Of a stretch of DNA of 36,811 nt, positions 1-9,324 are shown in pieces (the stretch's first letter is position 1; every line of letters begins with the position of its first letter). Source of the stretch: a virus (Duplodnaviria > Caudoviricetes); the IMG/VR virus record IMGVR_UViG_3300017716_001608, positions 1 to 36,811 of that record; one strand, 5' to 3'. The notes below the pieces were generated by a model. That model was not told the DNA's origin, made no database searches, and worked only from the letters and a program-made list of their open reading frames with translations. Made by a program: the position numbers and the translations under genes.

Positions 1-2573
1 AATCCATAAGAGTTATATTTAAATACAAAATCAGATTTGTTTATTAAGTTATAAATTAATTCTAATATTTCATTTCCACCAATTGCTATATTGGTTCTAG
101 ACATAGCTGTAGCTACAAATATTCTTACAACATATGGTAATGAAGATTCTGATGAATCATTGGTTTGTGTGTTATTCATTGAACCACCAAGTACACCAGG
201 TAGTGTACCAGCAGTAGTAACAATTCCTGCATTAGCTATATCTAATAAATATGTTGTTATACCTCCCAAATAAAGATCCGCTAAACCAGCTGCATCATTA
301 AGTAGTAAATTTAAAGCTATTTGACCAGCTGTTGAAGTACCAGCACCAGAAGCAGATCCAATTACATTTACTCCGGCATTAAGACCACCACCAGTACTAC
401 CACCATTACCTGCAATCATACCCCAATCACTTGCTTGATATTGACCTTTAGCACCTTCAATAGTTTTACTTCTAGTACCTAACATTTTATGCATAGCATA
501 ACCAACACCAATAACAGCAGCTATTATTGCAGCACCATTTCTTAATAACTTAAATTGAGGATGATCTTCTGATGCTTTAAAATAACCGCTTGAGTTACCA
601 CTTACATATCCATATAATCTAGTTTCATATGCATTAAGAAAAGGTTTAGTAAACATTAGATCAGGTGAAGAAAAACTAAATACTTTTTTGGAATATCCTG
701 AAGGATCACCAAGTATAGCAGGATCAGAACCCAATGGTTTAAAATCACGTATTGATTCACTATAGTTATCACAACTTTCTGTTCTATGAATATCATTTGC
801 TTTTCCATCATGAAAATAGACATCAGGTCTTAAATCATTGTATGGATAGTTAGGATATAAACCTTGAACATTACCACCTATTAAATTTTCTGCATTGGGT
901 ATAGTATACTTACGCATATTTCTAAATAACCCTTTTGCTAAAATAGATTTGGCACCAGCTCTAGAACCTCTTAATAATTCATAACCAACAACATTTGTAA
1001 TATATGAACCATCATTGTTTTTTGGTCTACCTATATTTGTAAATTCAACACCCAAAACATTAATCAAATCTCCATTTGTTGTACTAATATGTAAAGGTGA
1101 ATTTGCACCTCCTATTTCTTCTGTGGGGAACTTATGATGTCTTATTGGTTTTCCACAAAGATTACCCCAGATATCAGGTCTATTAGCTGGATATATTTCT
1201 GTTGATTCCCAATATCCCATTTCACCTCTAGCAATAATTAATGAACCATCTGGTTGAACTTCATTTAAGTTTTGTGCTGTAATTGTTCCTGTATTATATA
1301 CTTTATAGATTGGATCACCAGCACTATCTAAAACATTATTTCCATAAATAATAGTTGTCTCTAAAGAAGGTGTTCCACCAGGAACAGTAAAAAGTCTTGG
1401 TGCCCTTCCTGGAATATGATAAGAAGAAGATCTTTCTCCTGTATTATAAATCCATCTAATAAAAAATGCATATTGTTCATCTCTTAAGAATCCCATCTTG
1501 TTACCACCTAAATGATAGTAACTAGAATCTATTTGATTTGATACCCAATTAACTTTAATATCATTTGCTATTGGTTGATAATTAAAATCAAACTGAGTTA
1601 CTGGTCCTTGTCTAATAAGCCAATCATTTACAACAAACATTGCATTTGATTTCTCATAAGCAGGACTTCTTTGAGGAATTACTTTTAAATCAATAGCTAT
1701 TAATGTATCATCAATAAAATCAATATTAATATCTTGTTGTTGTGTACTATAAAGACCTATACGTTTTGCATATATTTGACCTTGATTTCTTATAAGTAAA
1801 ACTACTTCATAATAATCATAATCTTTATCTATATTACTAACCTTAATATTTAATGAACCTCCTGTACCAGAATGTGACCACAAAGTTTGAATATTGGAAA
1901 TACCAATATAGTCAGTTACTTTTTGTTCATTTTCAGTATAAGCTATAAATACTTGATAAGCACCGTTTTGCAACATACCACCATCAATTGATTTAGTTAA
2001 ACTAATACAAGGAGTATCTACTAAAGGAGCCAATCTTATTTTTTCACAATTTAAAGATGCTGTATCAATAGAAGTTATACATGATGCACCAGGTGCTGAT
2101 GTTATAAGTTGTACCCAAGGTACATTATCAATATTTAAACTACGGGATGGGTTATTACCATCATCCCAATATGTTTGCCAACTGCAATCAAAATTTTCTT
2201 TTGCTGCTCCTATAATTAAGTGTTTTCTATTAAAATTTAAACATGGATCATTTACAATTACTTCATATTTACACTCACTATCATTAAATCTTCCAATTTC
2301 TGAATTTATATCATCTGTTGAAAAAACAATCCATTCATCACCATATCTATGTATCGCTCCAATAATAGTATAAGGAATTACACCACATTGTAAATTAGAT
2401 GGCTCATTGCCTATTACACCAAGATCACCATCTGTAGAATTATTCATTGCATTACGGGCATGCCACCAGCTTGATTCTGGTTCCATTGCTTGAGTAATAT
2501 CTTTATTCATTCCTTTAATAAATGAATTAGTATTTACAGAAGATGTTCCGGGATTATTATTTTGCTTTGCCAT
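1..2573 (-). CDS. crAss-like tail stabilisation / muzzle protein (P22 gp10-like role), truncated at window edge
   Basis: Not in the ORF track because it has no stop in the window. ATG at 2573 gives MAKQNNNPGTSSVNTNSFIKGMNKD...IGNEPSN; the parts I translated are open down to position 3. Motifs RDEQYAFFIRWIYNTGERSSSYHIPGRA and GKPIRHHKFP resemble crAss-like muzzle proteins. Follows the tail ring genes. Confidence 0.8.
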   Translation of the reverse strand, partial: MAKQNNNPGTSSVNTNSFIKGMNKDITQAMEPESSWWHARNAMNNSTDGDLGVIGNEPSNLQCGVIPYTIIGAIHRYGDEWIVFSTDDINSEIGRFNDSECKYEVIVNDPCLNFNRKHLIIGAAKENFDCSWQTYWDDGNNPSRSLNIDNVPWVQLITSAPGASCITSIDTASLNCEKIRLAPLVDTPCISLTKSIDGGMLQNGAYQVFIAYTENEQKVTDYIGISNIQTLWSHSGTGGSLNIKVSNIDKDYDYYEVVLLIRNQGQIYAKRIGLYSTQQQDINIDFIDDTLIAIDLKVIPQRSPAYEKSNAMFVVNDWLIRQGPVTQFDFNYQPIANDIKVNWVSNQIDSSYYHLGGNKMGFLRDEQYAFFIRWIYNTGERSSSYHIPGRAPRLFTVPGGTPSLETTIIYGNNVLDSAGDPIYKVYNTGTITAQNLNEVQPDGSLIIARGEMGYWESTEIYPANRPDIWGNLCGKPIRHHKFPTEEIGGANSPLHISTTNGDLINVLGVEFTNIGRPKNNDGSYITNVVGYELLRGSRAGAKSILAKGLFRNMRKYTIPNAENLIGGNVQGLYPNYPYNDLRPDVYFHDGKANDIHRTESCDNYSESIRDFKPLGSDPAILGDPSGYSKKVFSFSSPDLMFTKPFLNAYETRLYGYVSGNSSGYFKASEDHPQFKLLRNGAAIIAAVIGVGYAMHKMLGTRSKTIEGAKGQYQASDWGMIAGNGGSTGGGLNAGVNVIGSASGAGTSTAGQIALNLLLNDAAGLADLYLGGITTYLLDIANAGIVTTAGTLPGVLGGSMNNTQTNDSSESSLPYVVRIFVATAMSRTNIAIGGNEILELIYNLINKSDFVFKYNSYG

Positions 2574-2590
2574 AATACTTCACCTCTTTA

Positions 2591-3505
2591 TTAATAACTT
2601 ATAGAATTATGTAAACTTGGATTATGGGGTGCATAACTTAAAAACATATTATAATAATTATGATATTGAGCTCTTCTATTTAATGTAAATACTTTTTGCA
2701 TTTCTGCAAAATCAGGTGTATTAACAAATGATAATGCATTGTTTCTTGCAGCTCTTAAACGTGTTTCTACTAATTGCAATTGAGAAGACATTTGTTCACC
2801 TTGCCAAATCATATTTTCTAATATCCTTTGCTTTAACGCATATTCATAATATTCATTACAAAAAGGTTGATCAAGAACCAACAAATCTCCATTAGGAGCT
2901 TCCATTGCTCCTTGATAACTAATATATACCTTTCCTGTTACAAAACTTGTAATCAAAAAACCATCTACTATTTGAGCAATATCTGGTGCTTGTGCTCCTA
3001 ATCCTGGACAATAGCAAACTTTATTATTTACATCTTCAATTTTTAATTGAGTCCAAGTACTAAAAGTTCTATATTGATTAGGTCCAATTCTTTGAACTAA
3101 CTGATAACTATTATTATCATCACAAGTTTCTACAACACATACATCCGCACAATCATCTCCTGTAGAACAAGATGCAATTTCTCCTGGTGCTGGTACATAA
3201 GGTACATCATTAAATGTTTCAACATGAGTACCTGATGGCATTGTTGCATTTATAGTATATTCACCACATAAAAAAGCATAATTTATATATGCAAAATCTC
3301 TTGGTAATTGAGCTCTACCATGTTCAACATCAAGCACAGCTTGTTTAGTTCTATGGATTCTTAAACCAAGATCATAGTTTACTCTAGTGGCAACTTTAAT
3401 AAGTTGTTGAGGCTCAATCATTCCTTCCAATGCATATGTTGAAAAATCAATAGAAACATCTTCCATTAATTGAGTGAACGTTCTGTATTTATTTGATACT
3501 CCCAT
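2591..3505 (-). CDS. tail tubular / ring protein (crAss-like)
   Basis: 304 aa; motifs LDVEHGRAQLPRDF, GFLITSFVTGKVYISYQG and EYYEYALK; immediately upstream of the muzzle gene. Confidence 0.7.
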   Translation of the reverse strand: MGVSNKYRTFTQLMEDVSIDFSTYALEGMIEPQQLIKVATRVNYDLGLRIHRTKQAVLDVEHGRAQLPRDFAYINYAFLCGEYTINATMPSGTHVETFNDVPYVPAPGEIASCSTGDDCADVCVVETCDDNNSYQLVQRIGPNQYRTFSTWTQLKIEDVNNKVCYCPGLGAQAPDIAQIVDGFLITSFVTGKVYISYQGAMEAPNGDLLVLDQPFCNEYYEYALKQRILENMIWQGEQMSSQLQLVETRLRAARNNALSFVNTPDFAEMQKVFTLNRRAQYHNYYNMFLSYAPHNPSLHNSISY

Positions 3506-4176
3506 TATCTGTGTATGTTTTGTTTATTGTCTGAATCTTCAGATGGAACTTTTAAAGTATTCATCATTGTATTTATAACTTGTGATTCTATTCCTGCAAA
3601 TAGTGCTTCTGGAAGATAAATTGGTTGTTTATAACGTGGGGTACAATCATCCTTTTCATCACAATTCCATTTAGTAATATCAGAATTCCAAACACCCTCA
3701 ACCTTTATAGCATCCCATTCAATATTTGGAGAATAGATATAGCCATCTAACCACCAAAAATATTTAACTCTATTGTACTTAAAAGACGTTGTTTTTGTCA
3801 TAGAGGTATAAGTACCCGGTTGAGTTGCTTGAAGCTCTTGTGAGCCATCTATGGAGCTTACAGTGCGTATTAGTGGACCCCAGTAACCTTCAATCATGGA
3901 AGGAAGCCTTAATTTTGTACGTTTGATTGTACAACCACTTGTAATTCCTGAACAACCGGCCTCTACTTTGTCTACATCAATTAATTCAATGTAGGGAAGA
4001 GCCTTCCACACAGAATTAAACTTCATTAGTTTATTAGCATAATCTTGTCTCCTCATTAATAATTGAGCAAACTTTTCTATTAAACTATATATGTATCTAT
4101 CTGTTACAAAAGAATCTTGGACTTCAGCCTTAACCTGTCCTCGTATTCTTGATATTGCTTCTGCTATTGTTGACAT
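3505..4176 (-). CDS. tail ring / adaptor protein (crAss-like)
   Basis: 223 aa; MSTIAEAISRIR...DRYIYSLI...C..C.IKRTKLRLP...YFWWLDGYIY pattern; TAATG overlap with the next gene. Confidence 0.6.
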   Translation of the reverse strand: MSTIAEAISRIRGQVKAEVQDSFVTDRYIYSLIEKFAQLLMRRQDYANKLMKFNSVWKALPYIELIDVDKVEAGCSGITSGCTIKRTKLRLPSMIEGYWGPLIRTVSSIDGSQELQATQPGTYTSMTKTTSFKYNRVKYFWWLDGYIYSPNIEWDAIKVEGVWNSDITKWNCDEKDDCTPRYKQPIYLPEALFAGIESQVINTMMNTLKVPSEDSDNKQNIHR

Positions 4177-4181
4177 TTTGT

Positions 4182-4748
4182 TTATGTTTCAAATTCATTA
4201 TAAAATTCTAATTCCTTTTTGGATTCTTCTGCATTTAAATCATATAAATGAGCTACCCTATATTTGTTTTTCATTACAATATATTTGGTCCAGTTTTCTG
4301 GATAGGCTTTAGCCACTGCTCTTTTAAATTCTCTACATGCTACAAATCTCCATAATTCTCTATTTTTAAACCTATATTTAGTTGACCAGTTAGTATAAAA
4401 TATTTTACCTAAATTACCATCTGTTTCCCAATTCTTATTTTGCAGTACTTTACCATATTGTTGAGATAACGCATAATTTGTATTTACCGTCTTAGCTGAA
4501 GAACATGTTCCAATAAACAAATATCCTAAAGAATCAGGTAACTCCACACCATCTCTATTTTTTATTACTGCCTGCCATAAATTTGTATTATATAATTTAA
4601 TTATCTTTTTTAACTTATCATTATCTATATTGGAATATAATGGTTTTTTTTCTTTAAATTCTTTTATTGTTTCTTCATTTAATATACCTAATCTTTTTTC
4701 TCTAAATCTTGGTGCATTTAAATTTGGTTTTTTAAAATTGTTTATCAT
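4182..4748 (-). CDS. IHF/HU-like DNA-binding protein of the crAss-like tail block
   Basis: 188 aa, basic; GVELPDSLGYLFIG and WRFVACREFKRAV resemble the IHF-like genes found next to ring genes in crAss-like phages. Confidence 0.55.
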   Translation of the reverse strand: MINNFKKPNLNAPRFREKRLGILNEETIKEFKEKKPLYSNIDNDKLKKIIKLYNTNLWQAVIKNRDGVELPDSLGYLFIGTCSSAKTVNTNYALSQQYGKVLQNKNWETDGNLGKIFYTNWSTKYRFKNRELWRFVACREFKRAVAKAYPENWTKYIVMKNKYRVAHLYDLNAEESKKELEFYNEFET

Positions 4749-4806
4749 ATGGTTATATTTATAATTTACAAAAAAAACAGGACTTAATGAAATTTAAGTT
4801 GTTCCT

Positions 4807-5994
4807 TTATATTGATTGATGAGTTAATTCACATATATTTCCTGTAATTGGATGTTGTAATTCCAATTTTCCAGATCTTCTATTACAAACAAATTTATTA
4901 TGATAGTGGTAATAATCTGTTTTTCCTAAACTAGGAAGGGTTTTATGAATAAACCCCACTGTTTCAGCAGTTGTCATATATTCCATTTTTCTTTCTGTAT
5001 GAAAGTGGCCTGTAAATAAGGTTCTATTAATTGTATTTCCCCATTCTTTTGGATATTCTGTAGCATATATTAATCCTGTATTTTTACTTGGTTTATCTCC
5101 ATGCTCAAAGGCATTAAAATTATTATGCCATATATGAACTTTTCTTTCTTCATATTTTATATCCCATGTTATATCCTGATTTTTAACTGACTTAGATAAT
5201 GCATGAACTAAATGGTAAGAAGATAATCTGTCATGATTTCCTGGAATATATATGATTACTAATTTTTCACAATATTGTTTGATATAACCTATAGCCCAAT
5301 GCATTGCATCAAAAGCATTTATGTAAGCATCAGTTGCTAACATAGAATTATCTAATGGTGTTCCTCCTGTTGTTGTTCCACCAAAAGTATCCATATTAAT
5401 TAAATCACCACCAACAACAAAATATAATACTTTAATGTTATGTGATGTTATAGCTTTATTTAAAAGAATTTTTATTGTATCCTCAAAATCCTTGTCTATT
5501 GTTTCATTTCCTTGTTTTCCAAAATGAATATCTTGCAAAGACATTATGCCACATACTTCTTCTTTATTAGAGTTATTATACCTATGTAAAGCTGGTATTT
5601 TGTAAGTCTTTGGTTTCCAATTCTTTATAAGATTTATTAGTAAATCTTCCTTTGTGTTTTCTTTAAGTTTGGTAATTAAAGCTGAAACTCTCCAATGGTC
5701 TCCCATTTGTTTATTCCAATATTGTGATAACTTCCAAACCTTTGTATCAATTTTTAAAAGTTTAATTATCTCTTCTGCAGTCTTTGGTTCATATGTAAAA
5801 GAACCTGAAATTGTTGATACACCTTTTTCTAAATCTACAGATTCTGTTATATTAGTTCCAACTTTATTTTTATTATTAATTTCATTTTTGATTGCAACAT
5901 ATTCTGATTCTAATATTCCTAATCTTGCTGCACAAATTGTTACTGATTTTTTCCATTTTAATGATTCAAGCACCTTATTTTTTAAATGACTCAT
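4807..5994 (-). CDS. calcineurin-like metallophosphoesterase with possible N-terminal HTH
   Basis: All five motifs present: DIHFG, GGDLIN, GNHD, EHGD, GHFH. Confidence 0.85.
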   Translation of the reverse strand: MSHLKNKVLESLKWKKSVTICAARLGILESEYVAIKNEINNKNKVGTNITESVDLEKGVSTISGSFTYEPKTAEEIIKLLKIDTKVWKLSQYWNKQMGDHWRVSALITKLKENTKEDLLINLIKNWKPKTYKIPALHRYNNSNKEEVCGIMSLQDIHFGKQGNETIDKDFEDTIKILLNKAITSHNIKVLYFVVGGDLINMDTFGGTTTGGTPLDNSMLATDAYINAFDAMHWAIGYIKQYCEKLVIIYIPGNHDRLSSYHLVHALSKSVKNQDITWDIKYEERKVHIWHNNFNAFEHGDKPSKNTGLIYATEYPKEWGNTINRTLFTGHFHTERKMEYMTTAETVGFIHKTLPSLGKTDYYHYHNKFVCNRRSGKLELQHPITGNICELTHQSI

Positions 5995-6059
5995 ATATTA
6001 TTATTTTGGATTAATTGTGTAAATGTAAATTTTTTTTTTAATTATATTGATTTATCTCT

Positions 6060-6091
6060 AAAAAAAAAGAGACTGAGTTTCCTCAGCCTCT
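6060..6091 (-). terminator. intrinsic terminator
   Basis: Minus strand AGAGGCUGAG-GAAA-CUCAGUCUCU followed by a U run; 10-bp stem with one G.U pair and a GNRA loop. Confidence 0.9.
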
Positions 6092-6093
6092 CT

Positions 6094-6135
6094 CAACGCC
6101 TGTGATAGAAAACCAACAAACCATCACTCTTGTTG
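6094..6135 (-). ncRNA. candidate structured RNA element (stem-loop with U/G-rich loop) directly upstream of the terminator
   Basis: CAAC-AAGA-GUGAUGG-[UUUGUUGGUUUU]-CUAUCAC-AGGC-GUUG; the G.U pair forms only on the minus strand. Confidence 0.45.
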
Positions 6136-6147
6136 TTTTTTTTCTTT

Positions 6148-6708
6148 TTATATTGCTAGTGTAGAAAATAATATTTCTATTGGTTTACAAGCTCCTGAAA
6201 TTCCAGCATCTAATACTCTTACTTTATAAGCAGTACTAGCTACCAAATTAGTTATTGTATAATTAGATATAGTTGTTACTATTGGTGCAGGATTAGCTAA
6301 AATCCAAGATCCTGGTGCAATTTGAGTATTATAGTAAATATTTATACCTGTACTTCCACTCCATGTTCCATTCCATAATACGGATACTGTATTTTTTGTA
6401 ATAACACCAGCATATACATTATATGGATTATGTTGTAAATCATTTGATGTACAAACACCTAAACCATTTGATAGTATCATTGCAAATTTTTGTATGATTG
6501 AATCAAGTCTTTCCCCTTTAGTTATTTGTAATAACGTTGCTGCAGAACCTATTTGAAAAGATGTTCCACAATAACTTACACATTCTGCACATTGTATGTC
6601 ATCACATCTTTCACTACCAACACTACAATCTGTATATGTACATGGGTTAGTTAATGCTGTATCAGCACAACTACAACTACTACTACATTTTGAACAATTA
6701 CATGCCAT
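6148..6708 (-). CDS. Cys-rich putative virion protein with C-terminal fibronectin type III-like domain
   Basis: 11 Cys in the first 47 aa; ITKNTVSVLW...YTITNLVASTAYKVRV is an FN3 signature. Confidence 0.6.
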   Translation of the reverse strand: MACNCSKCSSSCSCADTALTNPCTYTDCSVGSERCDDIQCAECVSYCGTSFQIGSAATLLQITKGERLDSIIQKFAMILSNGLGVCTSNDLQHNPYNVYAGVITKNTVSVLWNGTWSGSTGINIYYNTQIAPGSWILANPAPIVTTISNYTITNLVASTAYKVRVLDAGISGACKPIEILFSTLAI

Positions 6709-6726
6709 TTTTATATTTTATTTTAA

Positions 6727-8865
6727 TTAATATGATTTAAATGTTACAGTTGCCGCATTTGTAGTTGTATCATATGCTATTGAAGCCATATTTCTTTTTA
6801 CACTTACACCTGATGAACAATTTCCAGCAATAACACTTATTGGAACACTTGTTGCGGCTGCAACAACCGTACCTGTGCTTACAAATCTATTTGTTTGAAT
6901 TCCACCAATTACTTCAAATGAAATAGTACCTCCTACAAAAGTTTGATATTTTATAGATATTGGATATGCACCTGCGGGTCCACTATGCCAGCCAGCAAAT
7001 AATTCTGCTATAACATTAGTTTGAGCTAAAAGACCACTAGTTTCAAGATTTTTAAAGTTTATAATAACTGATTCACCATAAGTACCGTCAACAAATTGTC
7101 CCTCATCATCCCCACCCCAGAAAAGATAAGATGTATTCATATTAGCTCCAGAAGTAGGTATTACATTGCCTGGTGATGGTGTTCCACAACCAACAACTCC
7201 TGTACCTGCTACATAACCTGTAGTATTACTAGAACTAGATCCTGCTAATGTAGCATTTGGATATCTAAAAGTAGTAAGTGTATCTAAATCATAATCTTGA
7301 CCAAGAGGTGGCGCATATTGATAAGTTACAATGATATAGTCAAAAGCAGTAAGTACTATTGTTTGTGATGTTGTAAATGATACTGTATTAGTACATATTT
7401 TAGTTTGACCACCAATTTGAACAGTAATTCTAACATTATATAGTACACCTGTTGCTAAACCTGTAAATACATGTGATACTGAAGTACCGGGAGAATTTTG
7501 TGTATATGTTGCCGTAACAACACTTGTTGCATTATTAATAATGTCTATAATATAAACGGCAGTACTTCCCAAATTATTTCCAAATGATACTGATGCCCCA
7601 GTAGCTGTAATATTACCTACAGTAGGATCAGTTGGACAAGGTATAACTCCAGGAACTGCTTTTACTATTGTATTATTACATGTATCAGTACCATTTGTAA
7701 CACAAAATGCTATACGAGTAGTTAAAGGACCAAATGTATTTAAAGAAGGTATTGATATTGTAACACCACCCGCTGAATTTTGTAATGATGTTACACTAAC
7801 TGTATTTGTAACTGAAACATTCAAACTATCTGTAATTGTAATTACTGTACTACCTGCACAATCATTAAAACCTAGAGGTATAATACAACCTGTATCCGTT
7901 ACCGTATTTTGGAAGTTAAAATTAAAGCCTGATATTGTACCATTGCTGGCTAATATGTTTGAGGTTGTATATCCAAAAAGTACACCATCACAACCTGAAG
8001 GACAACACCTAGTTTGAATACTTGAAATAGCATCATACATATCACATAACACAGACCATATATTTTGTGTAGTTTGTGCTAAATTTATTGGAGTATTATT
8101 CCATCCAGTTATTGAACCATATGTTACTGCTGAATTTGCTAACGTTGTTGTAGTTGATAATATACATGAACCCTGACTAATAGCAAGATTAATTGCAGCA
8201 GGTAAACCTACTGCTGTTTCTAATGCACAAAATCTTGCCTCTAAAGCAAGCAATAAAACTGATACACTTGTTAATTGACCTACATTAATAATACATGTTG
8301 GTACAACCTGGGTTTCTGCAACAGAACCTGAACATGGTAATACACATGTTTCTAAAACTGTAAGTCTTGTATTATAATTAGTTAATGTAGTTTGAATATA
8401 TGATATGCTTGTAAGTATACTACAGACTCTTTCTGCTATTTTTGAAGCAAATAAATCTAAACGTAATTGTGTTACGGGATTACCTGTTGTAGGATCATCA
8501 TAGATCAAACATGAAGGTAACGTCATTATTGGAAGATTATTTTGAACGTATGATGCCGGAGGCAAATCACTACCATTCTTAGTACATATTGCAACCACCA
8601 TTGCCTGTAAAACAGGAACTAATGTGGTAGGAGTTGTACCTGGTATATTAAGGCAAGTTAAATTTAAACCTGTTAAAAGAGGATTAGATGTTACACCTTC
8701 CTCAATTAAGTCACATACCAATTCAGCTAACTTAGCTGTTACTTCACTAATTGTATCTCCATTACATAGGTTGATACAACTGATATCTGGACCTTGCCAA
8801 ATAACACAATTGGATGATATACTATCACATCCGTTAGTTGAAATACTTGAATTTGTTGGAATCAT
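6727..8865 (-). CDS. Cys-rich putative virion fibre/spike protein with FN3-like domain
   Basis: 712 aa; N-terminal SSNCVIWQGPDISCINLC, coiled segments, FN3-like HVFTGLATGVLYNVRI and a distinct C-terminal beta domain. Confidence 0.6.
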   Translation of the reverse strand: MIPTNSSISTNGCDSISSNCVIWQGPDISCINLCNGDTISEVTAKLAELVCDLIEEGVTSNPLLTGLNLTCLNIPGTTPTTLVPVLQAMVVAICTKNGSDLPPASYVQNNLPIMTLPSCLIYDDPTTGNPVTQLRLDLFASKIAERVCSILTSISYIQTTLTNYNTRLTVLETCVLPCSGSVAETQVVPTCIINVGQLTSVSVLLLALEARFCALETAVGLPAAINLAISQGSCILSTTTTLANSAVTYGSITGWNNTPINLAQTTQNIWSVLCDMYDAISSIQTRCCPSGCDGVLFGYTTSNILASNGTISGFNFNFQNTVTDTGCIIPLGFNDCAGSTVITITDSLNVSVTNTVSVTSLQNSAGGVTISIPSLNTFGPLTTRIAFCVTNGTDTCNNTIVKAVPGVIPCPTDPTVGNITATGASVSFGNNLGSTAVYIIDIINNATSVVTATYTQNSPGTSVSHVFTGLATGVLYNVRITVQIGGQTKICTNTVSFTTSQTIVLTAFDYIIVTYQYAPPLGQDYDLDTLTTFRYPNATLAGSSSSNTTGYVAGTGVVGCGTPSPGNVIPTSGANMNTSYLFWGGDDEGQFVDGTYGESVIINFKNLETSGLLAQTNVIAELFAGWHSGPAGAYPISIKYQTFVGGTISFEVIGGIQTNRFVSTGTVVAAATSVPISVIAGNCSSGVSVKRNMASIAYDTTTNAATVTFKSY

Positions 8866-8914
8866 AAATATCTTATTTTACTATAACGCAAATGTTTATT
8901 GTGCTCTATATAGT

Positions 8915-8928
8915 TATAATATACAAAA
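8915..8928 (-). promoter_or_regulatory. putative phage late promoter TTTTGTATATTATA
   Basis: Identical copy at 16796-16809; variants at 4760, 18408, 24041 and 36239; all intergenic and upstream of minus-strand starts. Confidence 0.55.
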
Positions 8929-8995
8929 AATTTTATAACCAAACAATAAAATTTAGTTATAAAATTTTTTTATATAAAATATTCATGTATAAAGT

Positions 8996-9280
8996 TTACC
9001 CTAAAGGGTTTCCAACTGGTTCCATTGGAGATATGGTTCCGTCAGCTAAATTAACATTTACCTGACCATATTTGTCCTCAAGATTTTTTGCAATACCCTC
9101 CCATTCTGCTCTTACTTCAGAATATTGTGAAATCATTGCTTGTTTAGCTAATTCAGCATTTCCTAAATTTAAGGTAATACTGTTAATTTTTTGTTGAACT
9201 TCAACAAGTTTTTGTAATTCTTCAGCTGTTAATTTTTTAACTTCAGCATCTACTTCTTTTGGTAATTTAGTCTTTGTCAT
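8996..9280 (-). CDS. small coiled-coil protein, possible fibre assembly factor
   Basis: 94 aa heptad-rich, ends LEDKYGQVNVNLADGTI; lies in the fibre cassette. Confidence 0.45.
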   Translation of the reverse strand: MTKTKLPKEVDAEVKKLTAEELQKLVEVQQKINSITLNLGNAELAKQAMISQYSEVRAEWEGIAKNLEDKYGQVNVNLADGTISPMEPVGNPLG

Positions 9281-9324
9281 TTTTGGTTTCTTTTAAATGT
9301 TTGTACAAATATATGATTTATTTA

